NCBI GenBank assembly: GCA_050012755.1
Contig: JBEKGO010000001.1
Span: 32,001 to 96,000, forward strand
DNA: 64,000 bases
From: Candidatus Bathyarchaeia archaeon
GTDB lineage: Archaea; Thermoproteota; Bathyarchaeia; Bathyarchaeales; Bathycorpusculaceae
Direction of reading: 5' to 3'
Shown: piece after piece, positions 17,978 to 27,802 of the stretch
Layout of the letters: each line of letters starts with the position of its first letter
Position numbering within the stretch: the stretch's first letter is position 1
Notes under the pieces: generated by a model
What the model was told of the DNA's origin: nothing
Database searches by the model: none
What the model saw: the letters and a program-made list of their open reading frames with translations, nothing else
Made by a program: the position numbers and the translations under genes

Positions 17978-19501
17978 ATAACAATCCTCTTAATTGAAGA
18001 CAACGCCGGCGACGCCAGACTCATCCAAGAGATGCTGACTGAAGAGAAATTTTCTACGAGTAATATTGAGCGCGTCGACAGACTTTCAAAAGGACTAGCT
18101 CGTTTGGCAGCATCCGGCATAGACGCTGTTCTGCTTGACCTTGGATTGCCTGACAGTCAAGGTCTAAATTCTTTTGAGAAAATACACACAGCAGCAAAAA
18201 AGGTGCCTATCCTAATTTTAACTGCATTCAATGATGACGCAACCGCTTTAGAAGCAGTTCGAAGAGGCGCACAAGATTATCTGATCAAAGGAAAATTTGA
18301 TCCAACTTCGCTAGTTCGAGCCATAACCTATGCGATTGAACGTAAAAAACTGGAAGAAAAAGTAGAAAAGAGCATGCTTTCATTGAGGGCAAGTGAAAAA
18401 AGATATCGAACATTGTTTGACTCGATTGATGAAGGCTTCTGTATTATAGAGCTGGTTTTTGATGCGAATGGCAAACCTTTGGACTATCGTTTTCTAGAAA
18501 TCAATGCATCTTTTGAGAAACAGACAGGATTGCATGAGGCAGAAGGCAAACTAATGCGCACTCTTGTTCCGAATCATGAGTCAAACTGGTTTGAGATTTA
18601 CGGTAAGGTTGCCATGACAGGGGAACCAGTGCGATTTACGAATGAAGCAAAAGCGTTGAATCGTTGGTATGATGTTTTTGCATTTCCAGTCGGTGAAGAA
18701 AAACCCCGAAAAGTAGGTATCCTATTTAATGATATTACTCAGCACAGAAATCTTGAAAAGCAGCTTCAAGATTCTGAACGTTTAGCGGCTATTGGCGCTA
18801 CGGCGGGAATGGTTGGCCATGACATCCGGAATCCCTTGCAAGCTATCATCGGCGAACTGTTCTTATCAAAAAAAGAAATAGAGGATTTATCGGAGGGCGA
18901 AGCAAAAAAGTACCTCCAAGAAAGCATACAATCAATTGAAGATAATGCATTTTACATTAACAAGATTGTTACCGATCTTCAAGACTATGCAAAACCTTTG
19001 GCTCCTTCTATTGAGGAAACTGACCTAACAAAAATTGTTGATGATGTTTTTTCAAACTTAAAAATTCCTGAGAACATTAATGTCTCCTATTCTGTTGAAC
19101 CATGTTTTAGTAAATTAAAGACTGATCCTGCAGCGATGAAGAGAATTCTAACAAATTTGGCTTCAAATGCAGTTCAAGCCATGCCAAAAGGTGGAAAGCT
19201 AACCCTTGAAGCTGCAAAGAATAACCATAAGTTAGTGATAAGTATCCAAGATACTGGCGTGGGTATACCTGAGGAATCAAAAGACAAACTTTTCAAGCCC
19301 TTGTTTACAACTAAAGCGAAAGGGCAAGGTTTCGGTTTAGCAGTGGTCAAAAAGCTGACTGAAGCATTAAATGGTAAGGTAAGCGTTGAAAGCCAGGTTG
19401 GAAAAGGCACAAGGTTTATCATTGAATTCCCTCTTGAAAAAACTACTGCCCCAATTACTCATATTTCACATGGGGAATCCGTAGTCCACAACTCTGCATA
19501 G
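17978..19501 (+). CDS. Hybrid REC-PAS-histidine kinase (start codon non-canonical or lost)
   Basis: REC beta1 ITILLIEDNAGD lies upstream of the first ATG (18032); LLDLGLPD; PAS; GHDIRNPL H-box; NAVQAM, DTGVGI, GQGFGL. Confidence 0.85.
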   Translation: MTILLIEDNAGDARLIQEMLTEEKFSTSNIERVDRLSKGLARLAASGIDAVLLDLGLPDSQGLNSFEKIHTAAKKVPILILTAFNDDATALEAVRRGAQDYLIKGKFDPTSLVRAITYAIERKKLEEKVEKSMLSLRASEKRYRTLFDSIDEGFCIIELVFDANGKPLDYRFLEINASFEKQTGLHEAEGKLMRTLVPNHESNWFEIYGKVAMTGEPVRFTNEAKALNRWYDVFAFPVGEEKPRKVGILFNDITQHRNLEKQLQDSERLAAIGATAGMVGHDIRNPLQAIIGELFLSKKEIEDLSEGEAKKYLQESIQSIEDNAFYINKIVTDLQDYAKPLAPSIEETDLTKIVDDVFSNLKIPENINVSYSVEPCFSKLKTDPAAMKRILTNLASNAVQAMPKGGKLTLEAAKNNHKLVISIQDTGVGIPEESKDKLFKPLFTTKAKGQGFGLAVVKKLTEALNGKVSVESQVGKGTRFIIEFPLEKTTAPITHISHGESVVHNSA

Positions 19502-19535
19502 GGAAATCAAGAGCATGCTGATTTAAACTTGTTAT

Positions 19536-19553
19536 TGTGATTGTACAATCACA
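19536..19553. promoter_or_regulatory. Perfect 18-bp palindrome TGTGATTGTACAATCACA (candidate operator)
   Basis: Self-complementary; lies 8 bp downstream of TATA-like TTTAAA (19522-19527). Confidence 0.65.
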
Positions 19554-19619
19554 TCATTATTTATCATACAAGAAGCATTAATAGTAGAACGCGCAGAAGG
19601 ACGAGCCAAAGCGTGAAAT

Positions 19620-19699
19620 AAACGGATAACTTGGATGCAGGCGAATGATTCCCCCTCTCTCTTCCGAATTTTTTTGTCTGCATCTAAGTTAATCTGTTT
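19620..19699 (+). ncRNA. Long hairpin, candidate small RNA domain
   Basis: AAACGGATAACTTGGATGCAGGCGAA pairs with TTTGTCTGCATCTAAGTT(A)ATCTGTTT (about 26 bp, 4 G:U, 1 bulge); apical loop CCCCTCTCTCTTCC. Confidence 0.55.
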
Positions 19700-19898
19700 C
19701 TCTTAACTCGCTAATTTCAATAAAATTCAATGGTAATTTGATTTTTCTTATGTACAAATTTCAAGGTTTCAATATATGTCAACATAGTTTCATGTACCGG
19801 GGGGTCTACCCAGGTTTTTTGAGGGTTTTCATTCTTAATCAAATGACTGGTGTTAATTTTAATAAGTGTCTTAATCAGTATTTCTCTGAGCGAAAAAC

Positions 19899-21680
19899 AT
19901 GGATTACGCCGTTATAGCTGATGCCTACGAGAAAATTGAAGCAACATCAAAAAGGCTGGAAATGACCGATTTGCTCGTAGAGTTGCTAAAGAAAACCCCT
20001 AAAGAGGTCATGGCGAAGGTTGTTTATTTGACGCAGGGCAAATTGTACCCAGACTTTATGGGCGTTGAGATGGGTATTGCCGAAAAATTAGCTATAAAAG
20101 CCTTAGCCCGAGCATCAGGACAAAGTGAAAGCTTAATTTTGTCTGAACTGCAAAAAAGCGGCGACATCGGCCAAACATCAGAGAAACTCTTGGCTAAACG
20201 CAAACAATCCACCTTCTTTACAAAAAAGCTTACAGTCGAGCACGTTTATGAAACGCTAGATAAAATGGCTAAAACCTCTGGTTCTGGCGCCGTCGACACC
20301 AAAATGGTGTTGCTCTGCAGCCTTCTAACCGATGCTTCTCCAAACGAGGCAAAATGGATAATTCGCACCGTAACAGCCAACCTACGACTTGGCATAGCAG
20401 ATATGACGGTTCTTGACGCATTAGCAATAGCATACGCCGGCGGAAAAGAAGCCCGCAACCTCGTTGAACGCGCGTATAGCATTTCTTCTGACCTTGGCCG
20501 CGTTGCCGATGTGGTTGTCGAGAAAGGGCTGGATGGAATAAAAAACTTCCAAGTTGTAGTTTTTGAGCCAATACGGCCCATGTTGGCTGAGCGTTTAGCT
20601 TCGCCTGAAGAGATTTTGGAGAAATTCGGCGGCAAATGCGTAGCTGAATACAAGTATGATGGGGAACGGGTTCAGGCGCATAAGAAAGATGGCAAAGTAG
20701 TTCTTTTTTCGCGTCGTTTAGAAAATATTTCTAGCCAATATCCTGATGCGGTGGAGTTGGTTAAGGAAAAAATTGATGCGAAAGAAGCCATTTTGGAAGC
20801 TGAATGTGTCGCGATGGATTTAGAAACTGGCGATATGCGTCCATTTCAAGAGTTGATGCATCGCAGACGCAAATATGGCGTCGAAGAAGCCATAGCGCAA
20901 TACCCCATTTCCCTTTTCCCCTTTGACCTGCTCTACGTTGATGGTAAAGACTTAACCCTTGAACCGCTACCCAAGAGACGCAAAGAACTTCAACGAATCG
21001 TAAAGCAAACCGACCGCGTAACCCCAGCAATCCAAAAACTAGTCAAGAGTCCCAAAGAGCTTGAGGACTTCTTTGAAGAAGCCATAGAGAAAGGCTGCGA
21101 AGGATTAATGTGCAAATCCGTCTCCAAAGACTCAGTTTACCAAGCAGGCAGCCGAGGGTGGCTTTGGATAAAATACAAACGCGACTACAAAAGCGAAATG
21201 ACAGACACCGTCGATCTTGTGGTTGTTGGGGCTTTCTATGGCAGAGGAAAACGTGTGGGAACATATGGCGCATTGCTGTTAGCCACTTACAACGATGAAA
21301 AAGACACATTTGAAACAGTTACTAAATGCGGCACCGGCTTCACAGACAAAGACTTGGCAACTCTGCATGAAACCCTTCAGAAACATATAGTTCCCAAAAA
21401 GAACTCCCGAGTGGTTTCAATGTTGCAGGCAGATGTTTGGTTTGAACCTAGCTTGGTGCTTGAGATTTTAGGCGCGGAAATCACCCTGAGCCCCATTCAC
21501 CCCTGCGCTATGGATTCAATACGAAAAGGAAGCGGTTTAGCAATTCGTTTTCCACGTTTCACAGGCAAATACCGAACAGACAAAAGCCCCGAAGACGCCA
21601 CCACTTCAAAAGAAATTGTCGAGATGTATCGGGGTCAATTGAAAAAAATCAGTGAGCCTCAGACGTCACAGAAAAGCTAA
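19899..21680 (+). CDS. lig: ATP-dependent DNA ligase (archaeal)
   Basis: PMLAER, EYKYDGER adenylation motif, EGLMCK, WIKYKRDY, IRFPRF. Confidence 0.97.
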   Translation: MDYAVIADAYEKIEATSKRLEMTDLLVELLKKTPKEVMAKVVYLTQGKLYPDFMGVEMGIAEKLAIKALARASGQSESLILSELQKSGDIGQTSEKLLAKRKQSTFFTKKLTVEHVYETLDKMAKTSGSGAVDTKMVLLCSLLTDASPNEAKWIIRTVTANLRLGIADMTVLDALAIAYAGGKEARNLVERAYSISSDLGRVADVVVEKGLDGIKNFQVVVFEPIRPMLAERLASPEEILEKFGGKCVAEYKYDGERVQAHKKDGKVVLFSRRLENISSQYPDAVELVKEKIDAKEAILEAECVAMDLETGDMRPFQELMHRRRKYGVEEAIAQYPISLFPFDLLYVDGKDLTLEPLPKRRKELQRIVKQTDRVTPAIQKLVKSPKELEDFFEEAIEKGCEGLMCKSVSKDSVYQAGSRGWLWIKYKRDYKSEMTDTVDLVVVGAFYGRGKRVGTYGALLLATYNDEKDTFETVTKCGTGFTDKDLATLHETLQKHIVPKKNSRVVSMLQADVWFEPSLVLEILGAEITLSPIHPCAMDSIRKGSGLAIRFPRFTGKYRTDKSPEDATTSKEIVEMYRGQLKKISEPQTSQKS

Positions 21681-21727
21681 AACTGATAAGCATCAACCAC
21701 TAAAATATGGAGCAGACGTGAACTGCG

Positions 21728-22348
21728 TTGTCTCAAGACACAGAAAAAATGAAATCTCTTATTGCATTCAAGAAGCGAATGGAAGAGCAACTGGAAAAAC
21801 TCGACGCTGAAACAAAAGAGGTTCAAGCTGCCTTGGATACGGTTAACAGTATTTTACTTGACAAAGGTTTCAAACGGGGAGACATCAAGGAAGTTCCTGA
21901 GATGCCTGTGCCTAAAGAGGTTGTTTTGCCAAAACAAGAGCCAGAACCACCAACAGTTGTTGTCCAACGCAGTGCATTTTTGCAAACTGAAAAAGAAAGT
22001 GTCATACCCCTAAAAACCATGGCTGATGAGCCGTTGGCATTAATGTATTTTGACAAGCAAGCCATTCATGTGTTGCCAGATGAAAGCAAAAACTTCAGCG
22101 TTAACACTCCGCCTTTCACCAATTTTCTTGTTGAAAAAGTCTTCTCTAAAATGCAGGAAAAAGACGCTGAACTTGTCAAAGCAAAACAGTTAACCACGGA
22201 TAAGATGTTCTCCTTTAACATTGTTCGTGAAGACGACCTGATTAGAGAGATAATAATAAAAAACGTAGATGAAGAACGGTTGAAAGAGCTTAAGTCGAGC
22301 ATCCGCTGGACTTTTGAGAAAATGCATGAAAAAATGAAAAGTGCCTAA
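21728..22348 (+). CDS. Hypothetical protein with N-terminal coiled coil
   Basis: 206-aa ORF, heptad-rich N-terminus, Pro-rich linker, globular C-terminus. Confidence 0.75.
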   Translation: MSQDTEKMKSLIAFKKRMEEQLEKLDAETKEVQAALDTVNSILLDKGFKRGDIKEVPEMPVPKEVVLPKQEPEPPTVVVQRSAFLQTEKESVIPLKTMADEPLALMYFDKQAIHVLPDESKNFSVNTPPFTNFLVEKVFSKMQEKDAELVKAKQLTTDKMFSFNIVREDDLIREIIIKNVDEERLKELKSSIRWTFEKMHEKMKSA

Positions 22349-22349
22349 T

Positions 22350-22676
22350 TTACACTGAATGTTTCTTTAGCGTATCAACGATTTTGTTTTTGGGACACAA
22401 ACCTACAAGTCTTTCTGCTTCTTGGCCATTTTTGAAAACAATCATTGTTGGTATGCTGAAAACTTGGAAGCGTTCTGCAGTGGATGGGTTCTCATCAACA
22501 TCTAGTTTGCCAATTAAGATTTTGCCGTTGTACTCTTTTGCTAACTCCACGATTGTGGGAGCTAAAGCTCGACAGGGCCCGCACCAATTAGCCCAAAAAT
22601 CAACGAAAACCAAGTTGTTTTTCTTGATTGTTTCTTCGAAATTTGCGTCTGTTACATGAAAAGGTTCACTGCTCAT
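22350..22676 (-). CDS. trxA: Thioredoxin
   Basis: DFWANWCGPCR, LDVDENP, SIPT. Confidence 0.96.
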   Translation of the reverse strand: MSSEPFHVTDANFEETIKKNNLVFVDFWANWCGPCRALAPTIVELAKEYNGKILIGKLDVDENPSTAERFQVFSIPTMIVFKNGQEAERLVGLCPKNKIVDTLKKHSV

Positions 22677-22870
22677 TCGTACAAACTCCTTTTAACATTA
22701 TTATTCTAAAGATTTGTTTGATATAAACCGTTCGCGAACCTTAGTTTTCATAAAAAGGCAATTAATTCTTTTACGCATATTAAACAGTTAAAGTTGTATG
22801 CTATTAGGTATTTCAAACTGACACATTATTTTGTCAATAATTTGAAAGAATTTGAAGAATAAAAAACGTG

Positions 22871-24124
22871 CTAAACGAGAACAGGAACATTTGGAAACTT
22901 GTTAATTGCGATAACGCCCCACATGTTAACTATAACTCCGAGGATAATGAGTAGTTTATGATACCATTTGAGGTTTGTGCCCATACCTTTGACTGTTAGA
23001 ACGAACAGAAAAGGGTAAAAATCCATTGCATAGCGGTATCCAAATCCCCAGCCTGATAAGCCCTTGGTAAATATAACAAACGCTATGGATATTATGGCAA
23101 GCCAACTCCACCATGTTACTGGGTCTTTTATTTTAGATTTTAAGGCAAAAATGAAGGCCGGTGTTGTGACCCATATTGCTATACCAGTCATTGGAAATTG
23201 GATGAAGGGTGCTTTGGAGGTTAATGTTGGAAACCCAGTTAGAAATGGCCGCAAGTTATCTGTTATATATGAAAGACTGAAAAGTCCATGATTAAACCAT
23301 GGCTCATTTAAGATACCGGGAATCATCCAATAGCCAACATCAAAGATAGATCCAAACCGAACAAAATTATATATCATATCAAAGATTACGAATATACCTG
23401 CGCCAATTGCCAGTTTTGCGAGTGAAGGTAACGCTGCCTTAAACTTGACTTTCCAAGTTGGATTTTGTTGTCTTGAAATAGCTAGTCCTGCGAAAAAGAA
23501 GATGCCCAGAATTGTTGGGAGCCTACACCAGAAAGAAGCCCCTACGAGCAGTCCAACAAGCAATGATCGATTTTTGTTAAATGATTCGTGCAGAGCAAGA
23601 AAGAGGAAAAACGCAGAAATAACTTGGGCAATAAGCCAAACCGAGCCTATGCTTGTGAGATACCAAAAAAGGGTGCTAAAGCCAAACAGCACTGCAAACC
23701 ATACATATGCGCCTTCTTGTTTAAGCTGGGTTTCTATTGGTTTCTTGGTCACATCTTTAGCAACTAGGTATGCTAGGGGGACACTTGCTGCTCCAAAAAA
23801 CAAACCAAATAGAGTCTGGTTTAAATTAACCCCAAAAATGGCAACTAAGGGCGTCATGAGGAAAGCAGGCAACGGAGGGTAAACTACGTAGTACCCAACA
23901 CCTGAAGGATTAGGTATAAGCTCGTTGAGCCAACTAGGATTGGTCAGCAGGTAGAGCCGCCCATGAAGAAATGCATCAGCGAGGCGCACATAATAGTTGT
24001 AGTTTGTAGCGTATCCTGGACCCGTGACCCAGTAAATAATGAAAGCAACTATAAACAAGGTAACAAGTATCAGTACTGTTTTAGTCAAGTAGAAGGGCAG
24101 TTTTCGGTTTATCATGTCTTTCAA
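22871..24124 (-). CDS. Multi-pass membrane protein, GT-C glycosyltransferase-like
   Basis: About 10 TM segments; YVVYPPLPA, FGYRYAMDF motifs. Confidence 0.65.
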   Translation of the reverse strand: MKDMINRKLPFYLTKTVLILVTLFIVAFIIYWVTGPGYATNYNYYVRLADAFLHGRLYLLTNPSWLNELIPNPSGVGYYVVYPPLPAFLMTPLVAIFGVNLNQTLFGLFFGAASVPLAYLVAKDVTKKPIETQLKQEGAYVWFAVLFGFSTLFWYLTSIGSVWLIAQVISAFFLFLALHESFNKNRSLLVGLLVGASFWCRLPTILGIFFFAGLAISRQQNPTWKVKFKAALPSLAKLAIGAGIFVIFDMIYNFVRFGSIFDVGYWMIPGILNEPWFNHGLFSLSYITDNLRPFLTGFPTLTSKAPFIQFPMTGIAIWVTTPAFIFALKSKIKDPVTWWSWLAIISIAFVIFTKGLSGWGFGYRYAMDFYPFLFVLTVKGMGTNLKWYHKLLIILGVIVNMWGVIAINKFPNVPVLV

Positions 24125-24263
24125 GTTGCTATTTTGTGGTGAACAATTTAAAAGTTCTCAAAACTAAATTATAATTCACCTGAAAAAGTGAATTGCTGAA
24201 TTTAGCGGAACAAATTAGGCTTCTTTTAACTTTGCCAAAAAAAGACTTAAGCTTTAATGAATC

Positions 24264-24695
24264 TTATTTGCAGGGCTTCATTTTTTCCAGCAAAGTCTTG
24301 AATGCTGTGTAAGAATCCTTTGGCTCAGAGATTTCAGCAGCGGCTTTTTCAAAGGGGCACACGCCTGTTTTATTTAAATCTAAAACATTTTCCACTAACT
24401 GTTGGCATTCGCAGGCTACCTTGTTCTTTTCGAAAAGTGCTTTGGCTTTTTTGCTTAAAACTTCTGCGTAAACCTCGCGTATCCCAGCGTAAATGCATAG
24501 GAGCGCCAATGCTTTGCCAACTACCCGATCCGCAACTGAAGCGCCGTTCAGTTGCATGCCTAAAGTGTCGATAGCACTTATGAAACCTGAGATTCTATGC
24601 GAATCTGTTTGAAAAAGCACTCGATTGTTCTTTACTATGGCAAGCGTTAACTGCTTACTATAGAGCTGTTTCTTGGCGATTTCGAGGTCTTGCAT
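24264..24695 (-). CDS. DUF1893 (TM1506-like) protein
   Basis: ADRVVGKALALL, VLS, N..G.CPFE motifs. Confidence 0.85.
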   Translation of the reverse strand: MQDLEIAKKQLYSKQLTLAIVKNNRVLFQTDSHRISGFISAIDTLGMQLNGASVADRVVGKALALLCIYAGIREVYAEVLSKKAKALFEKNKVACECQQLVENVLDLNKTGVCPFEKAAAEISEPKDSYTAFKTLLEKMKPCK

Positions 24696-24748
24696 GATTC
24701 TTCACCAATTTGAAGGCTGGGCAGCTATAAACACTATTGGTTTTTGAA

Positions 24749-25192
24749 CTATTCAACGGTGATTTTGAAAAGTTGGTTCTCAGGCACTTCGGCAAGTTCC
24801 CAAGCATACGCTTCGCTTAGTTTATCTTCTTTTTTCCTCTCTTCAAGTATTTCTCTAAAATGTTTAGTAAGTGCTATTTTCACAATTTTTCTGGGCTCTT
24901 CAACTACAAAAGTTCCTTGAATAGTTTTTGAGTTTTTGAATTGAAGACGTTGATTGCCAATTGTGCATGTTGTGGCAACTTGTATGCCGTCAAGTAAACA
25001 GGAAAACGGCGGGTATAATGGCACAGCAACTTCTGCCCTTAAATGTGCTAATTCTGCGTCGGGAATGTTTAGGGCTTTTTTGGCTGCAGCACCCATTTTT
25101 AAGCCTATAACTAAGTATGGTCCAACATGCCCATGAAGTTGACGGGCGAATTCAATGATTGCTGTTTGTTCAGTTGGCATAGTTATCGCCAT
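24749..25192 (-). CDS. FmdE family protein
   Basis: LHGHVGPYLVIG and SCLLDGIQVATTCTIGN motifs. Confidence 0.88.
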   Translation of the reverse strand: MAITMPTEQTAIIEFARQLHGHVGPYLVIGLKMGAAAKKALNIPDAELAHLRAEVAVPLYPPFSCLLDGIQVATTCTIGNQRLQFKNSKTIQGTFVVEEPRKIVKIALTKHFREILEERKKEDKLSEAYAWELAEVPENQLFKITVE

Positions 25193-25193
25193 C

Positions 25194-26273
25194 TTAGTTA
25201 GTGTTTGCGTTTATTGAGGGTTGCTGTATATTCTTAAAGGGATCAAGTTTGTCATATTTCTTGTGGCGCCAGTAACCAAAGGAGATCAGCCAAGAAACAA
25301 CAAAGATACCTATTATTCCAAAACCCACCATTTCAAAATTAAGCGTGTTAAGCCAAGCCCAAAACAGTCCACTCAGGTTTAATTCACTTGAAAGCACTTG
25401 CAGAAGCTCTAATGTGCCAATTGCCCATGCAACAAGCACAGAAATTACAGTGACTGTCAAGTTATAGTAAATTTTTCTGATCGGGTTTAGGAACGCCCAG
25501 CCATAAGCCATGCGCATTGCAACACCATCAGCAGTGTCCACTGTGACCATGCCACAAGTAAACAATAATGGCAAAATAAGAACATAGTAAAGTGGAATAC
25601 CTGTGGAAACGCCGATTCCAACGCTAATCGCGATAAGAGCAATTTCGCTTGCAGTATCAAACCCTAAACCGAAGAGCACGCCAACAGGATAAATGTGCCA
25701 TGGTTTGCTTATGAGCTTGAATAGTGGGCGGAAGAAGCGGTTCATGAAGCCTCGGTTTTGAAGGAGATTTTCGAGTTCATCTGGATTCATTTTTCCTTGT
25801 TTTAGGGTTTGAAAAATTTTGTATAAACCGATGACTATCACGGCGTTGATGAAGCCGATTATCCAAAGGAAACTACCTGACACTAAGGTTCCGATTACTG
25901 CTCCTGCATTTTGAAGCGCAGGAATGTTAGCCGCGACTGTTCTTGTGGCAAAAATTAAACCGATAATGAGAGCAACTACCACTGTCGAGTGACCTAGAGA
26001 GAACCACATTCCTACTGTGTATGGGCGTTTTCCTTCTTGCATTAGTTTTCTTGTTGTATTGTCGATAGCTGCTATGTGGTCCGCGTCTACTCCGTGGCGC
26101 AAGCCAAAGACGTAGGCTACTATGCCTAAGCCGCCGAGGACAACGGCGATTTTTCCTATTACAAATGCCGCGGAGAAACCGACTGCGGTGATGGTTAGTA
26201 GTGTTGTGAAGATTATGGCTATTTTTATTTTTTCGTTGCGTGAAAGGCTGTAGGTTGCAGGTTTTGCCGTCAT
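25194..26273 (-). CDS. High-affinity nickel/cobalt permease (NiCoT, HoxN/NixA family)
   Basis: GLRHGVDADHIAAIDN, FSLGHSTVV, LFGLGFDTASE signatures. Start at ATG 26273. Confidence 0.94.
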   Translation of the reverse strand: MTAKPATYSLSRNEKIKIAIIFTTLLTITAVGFSAAFVIGKIAVVLGGLGIVAYVFGLRHGVDADHIAAIDNTTRKLMQEGKRPYTVGMWFSLGHSTVVVALIIGLIFATRTVAANIPALQNAGAVIGTLVSGSFLWIIGFINAVIVIGLYKIFQTLKQGKMNPDELENLLQNRGFMNRFFRPLFKLISKPWHIYPVGVLFGLGFDTASEIALIAISVGIGVSTGIPLYYVLILPLLFTCGMVTVDTADGVAMRMAYGWAFLNPIRKIYYNLTVTVISVLVAWAIGTLELLQVLSSELNLSGLFWAWLNTLNFEMVGFGIIGIFVVSWLISFGYWRHKKYDKLDPFKNIQQPSINANTN

Positions 26274-26275
26274 GC

Positions 26276-26303
26276 GTAACACTTTTTTTGGTTTTAGTGT
26301 TAC
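26276..26303. promoter_or_regulatory. Predicted NikR operator GTAACAC-N14-GTGTTAC
   Basis: 28-bp inverted repeat with the GTAnnA-N16-TnnTAC geometry of the E. coli NikR site; lies between the TATA box (TTTTATAT, minus strand, about 26309-26316) and the NiCoT start. Confidence 0.8.
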
Positions 26304-26354
26304 TGAACATATAAAAGCTTTTAGGTGCAACAAACACTTTTTAATTGACCATAA

Positions 26355-26762
26355 ATGTCAAAAGTCATCCGCATAGGCGTGACATTCCCGCCTGAACTTC
26401 TCAAAGACTTCGACGAAATCATTAACAAAATGGGTTACGAAAGCCGCAGCAAAGCCATCCAAGACGCAGTAAGGCTCTATGTTTCTGACCAAAAATGGAT
26501 AAAAGAAGAAAACACAATCCAAACAGGTGTAATACTCATGGTTTATGACCATGACGCGAAAGGACTGGAAAGCGAACTAACCGAAACCCAACACGAACAC
26601 TCCTCAATCATCACATCAACACTGCACATTCACATCAGCGAACGGGACTGCTTAGAAGCCATAGCGGTAAAGGGTAAAGCCTCGGAAATACACCATTTAA
26701 GCGATGAATTAACAACTAGAAGAGGAGTAAAAATTCTCAAAACAACAATAGTAACTGTTTAA
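26355..26762 (+). CDS. nikR: Nickel-responsive regulator NikR
   Basis: RIGVT RHH strand, GYESRSKAI, YDH, QH, STLHIH...CLE nickel site. Confidence 0.95.
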   Translation: MSKVIRIGVTFPPELLKDFDEIINKMGYESRSKAIQDAVRLYVSDQKWIKEENTIQTGVILMVYDHDAKGLESELTETQHEHSSIITSTLHIHISERDCLEAIAVKGKASEIHHLSDELTTRRGVKILKTTIVTV

Positions 26763-27664
26763 ACCTCAAACATACGTTCAAGCGAAGCACGAGCTTTCTT
26801 GGCGACTGCATCAGGAACTTTTACAACGTTCTTTTCTTCTTTTAGTGCTGTGTAGAGCCTGTCAAGTGTCGTGAGCTTCATGTTTGGGCATATTGCGCCT
26901 TCATAGGCTAAATAGAAGTTTTTTTCTGGGTTCTCTTTCCGTAGGCGGCGCAAGAGACCCTCTTCTGTGCCAACTATGAAGTTTTTGGCTTTAGATTCTT
27001 TTGCGAAACGGCACATTTTGGATGTGCTACCTATGTAGTCGGCAACTTTGCGCATTTCTGCACTGCATTCAGGATGAACCATGACAGTCGCGTCAGGATA
27101 TTGCATTTTAAGCACGGTTACGTCCTCAGGCTGAAAGAGCAGATGTGTCGGGCAGAACCCGTTTTCAGGAATAGGAATCAGTGTTTTTCCAGTTTTTTCA
27201 GAAACATATTCCGCAAGGTTCTTGTCTGGACCAAACAATATTGTATCAGCATCAAGCGATTTTATAACTTCCACGGCGTTCGCACTTGTGCAGCAAACAT
27301 CACAGTGCGCTTTGCATGAAGCCAAAGTGTTGACATACAACACTACTGGAGCTTTTGGGTACTTGGATTTAGCCCGTTTTATTTCATCAACGGTGAGCAT
27401 CTGAGCCATTGGGCAACGTGCACCTAAACAAGGCAAAAGAACTTTCTTGTCTGGATTCAATATTGCCGCGGACTCTGCCATAAAATCTACCGCTGAGAAA
27501 ACTATCATTTCAGCGTCTTTTTCTTGGGCTGCTTTACGACTCAACTCGATACTATCGCCCACGTAGTCGGCTATGTCTTGGATTTCTGACCGCTGGTAAT
27601 TATGAGCTAAAATGACAGCTTTTTTTTCTTTCTTGAGCCTAAGGATTTTTTCGGATAAATCCAT
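26759..27664 (-). CDS. nadA: Quinolinate synthase
   Basis: ILAHNYQ, GDS, CPMA, YVNT, CPTH, HPEC, GTE, CPNMK. Confidence 0.96.
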   Translation of the reverse strand: MDLSEKILRLKKEKKAVILAHNYQRSEIQDIADYVGDSIELSRKAAQEKDAEMIVFSAVDFMAESAAILNPDKKVLLPCLGARCPMAQMLTVDEIKRAKSKYPKAPVVLYVNTLASCKAHCDVCCTSANAVEVIKSLDADTILFGPDKNLAEYVSEKTGKTLIPIPENGFCPTHLLFQPEDVTVLKMQYPDATVMVHPECSAEMRKVADYIGSTSKMCRFAKESKAKNFIVGTEEGLLRRLRKENPEKNFYLAYEGAICPNMKLTTLDRLYTALKEEKNVVKVPDAVAKKARASLERMFEV

Positions 27665-27802
27665 ATTTTCGCCAAGTACGTCTTAAGTTGAAAATTAAAG
27701 AGGACAGGTCAAGAGATATATGCTTTTACTTTTATCTCTTGAGGTTTAAACCTAAAAACATAGAGAAATTCGCCCCTTTCCTTTGATTTACGCAGTTTAA
27801 GC

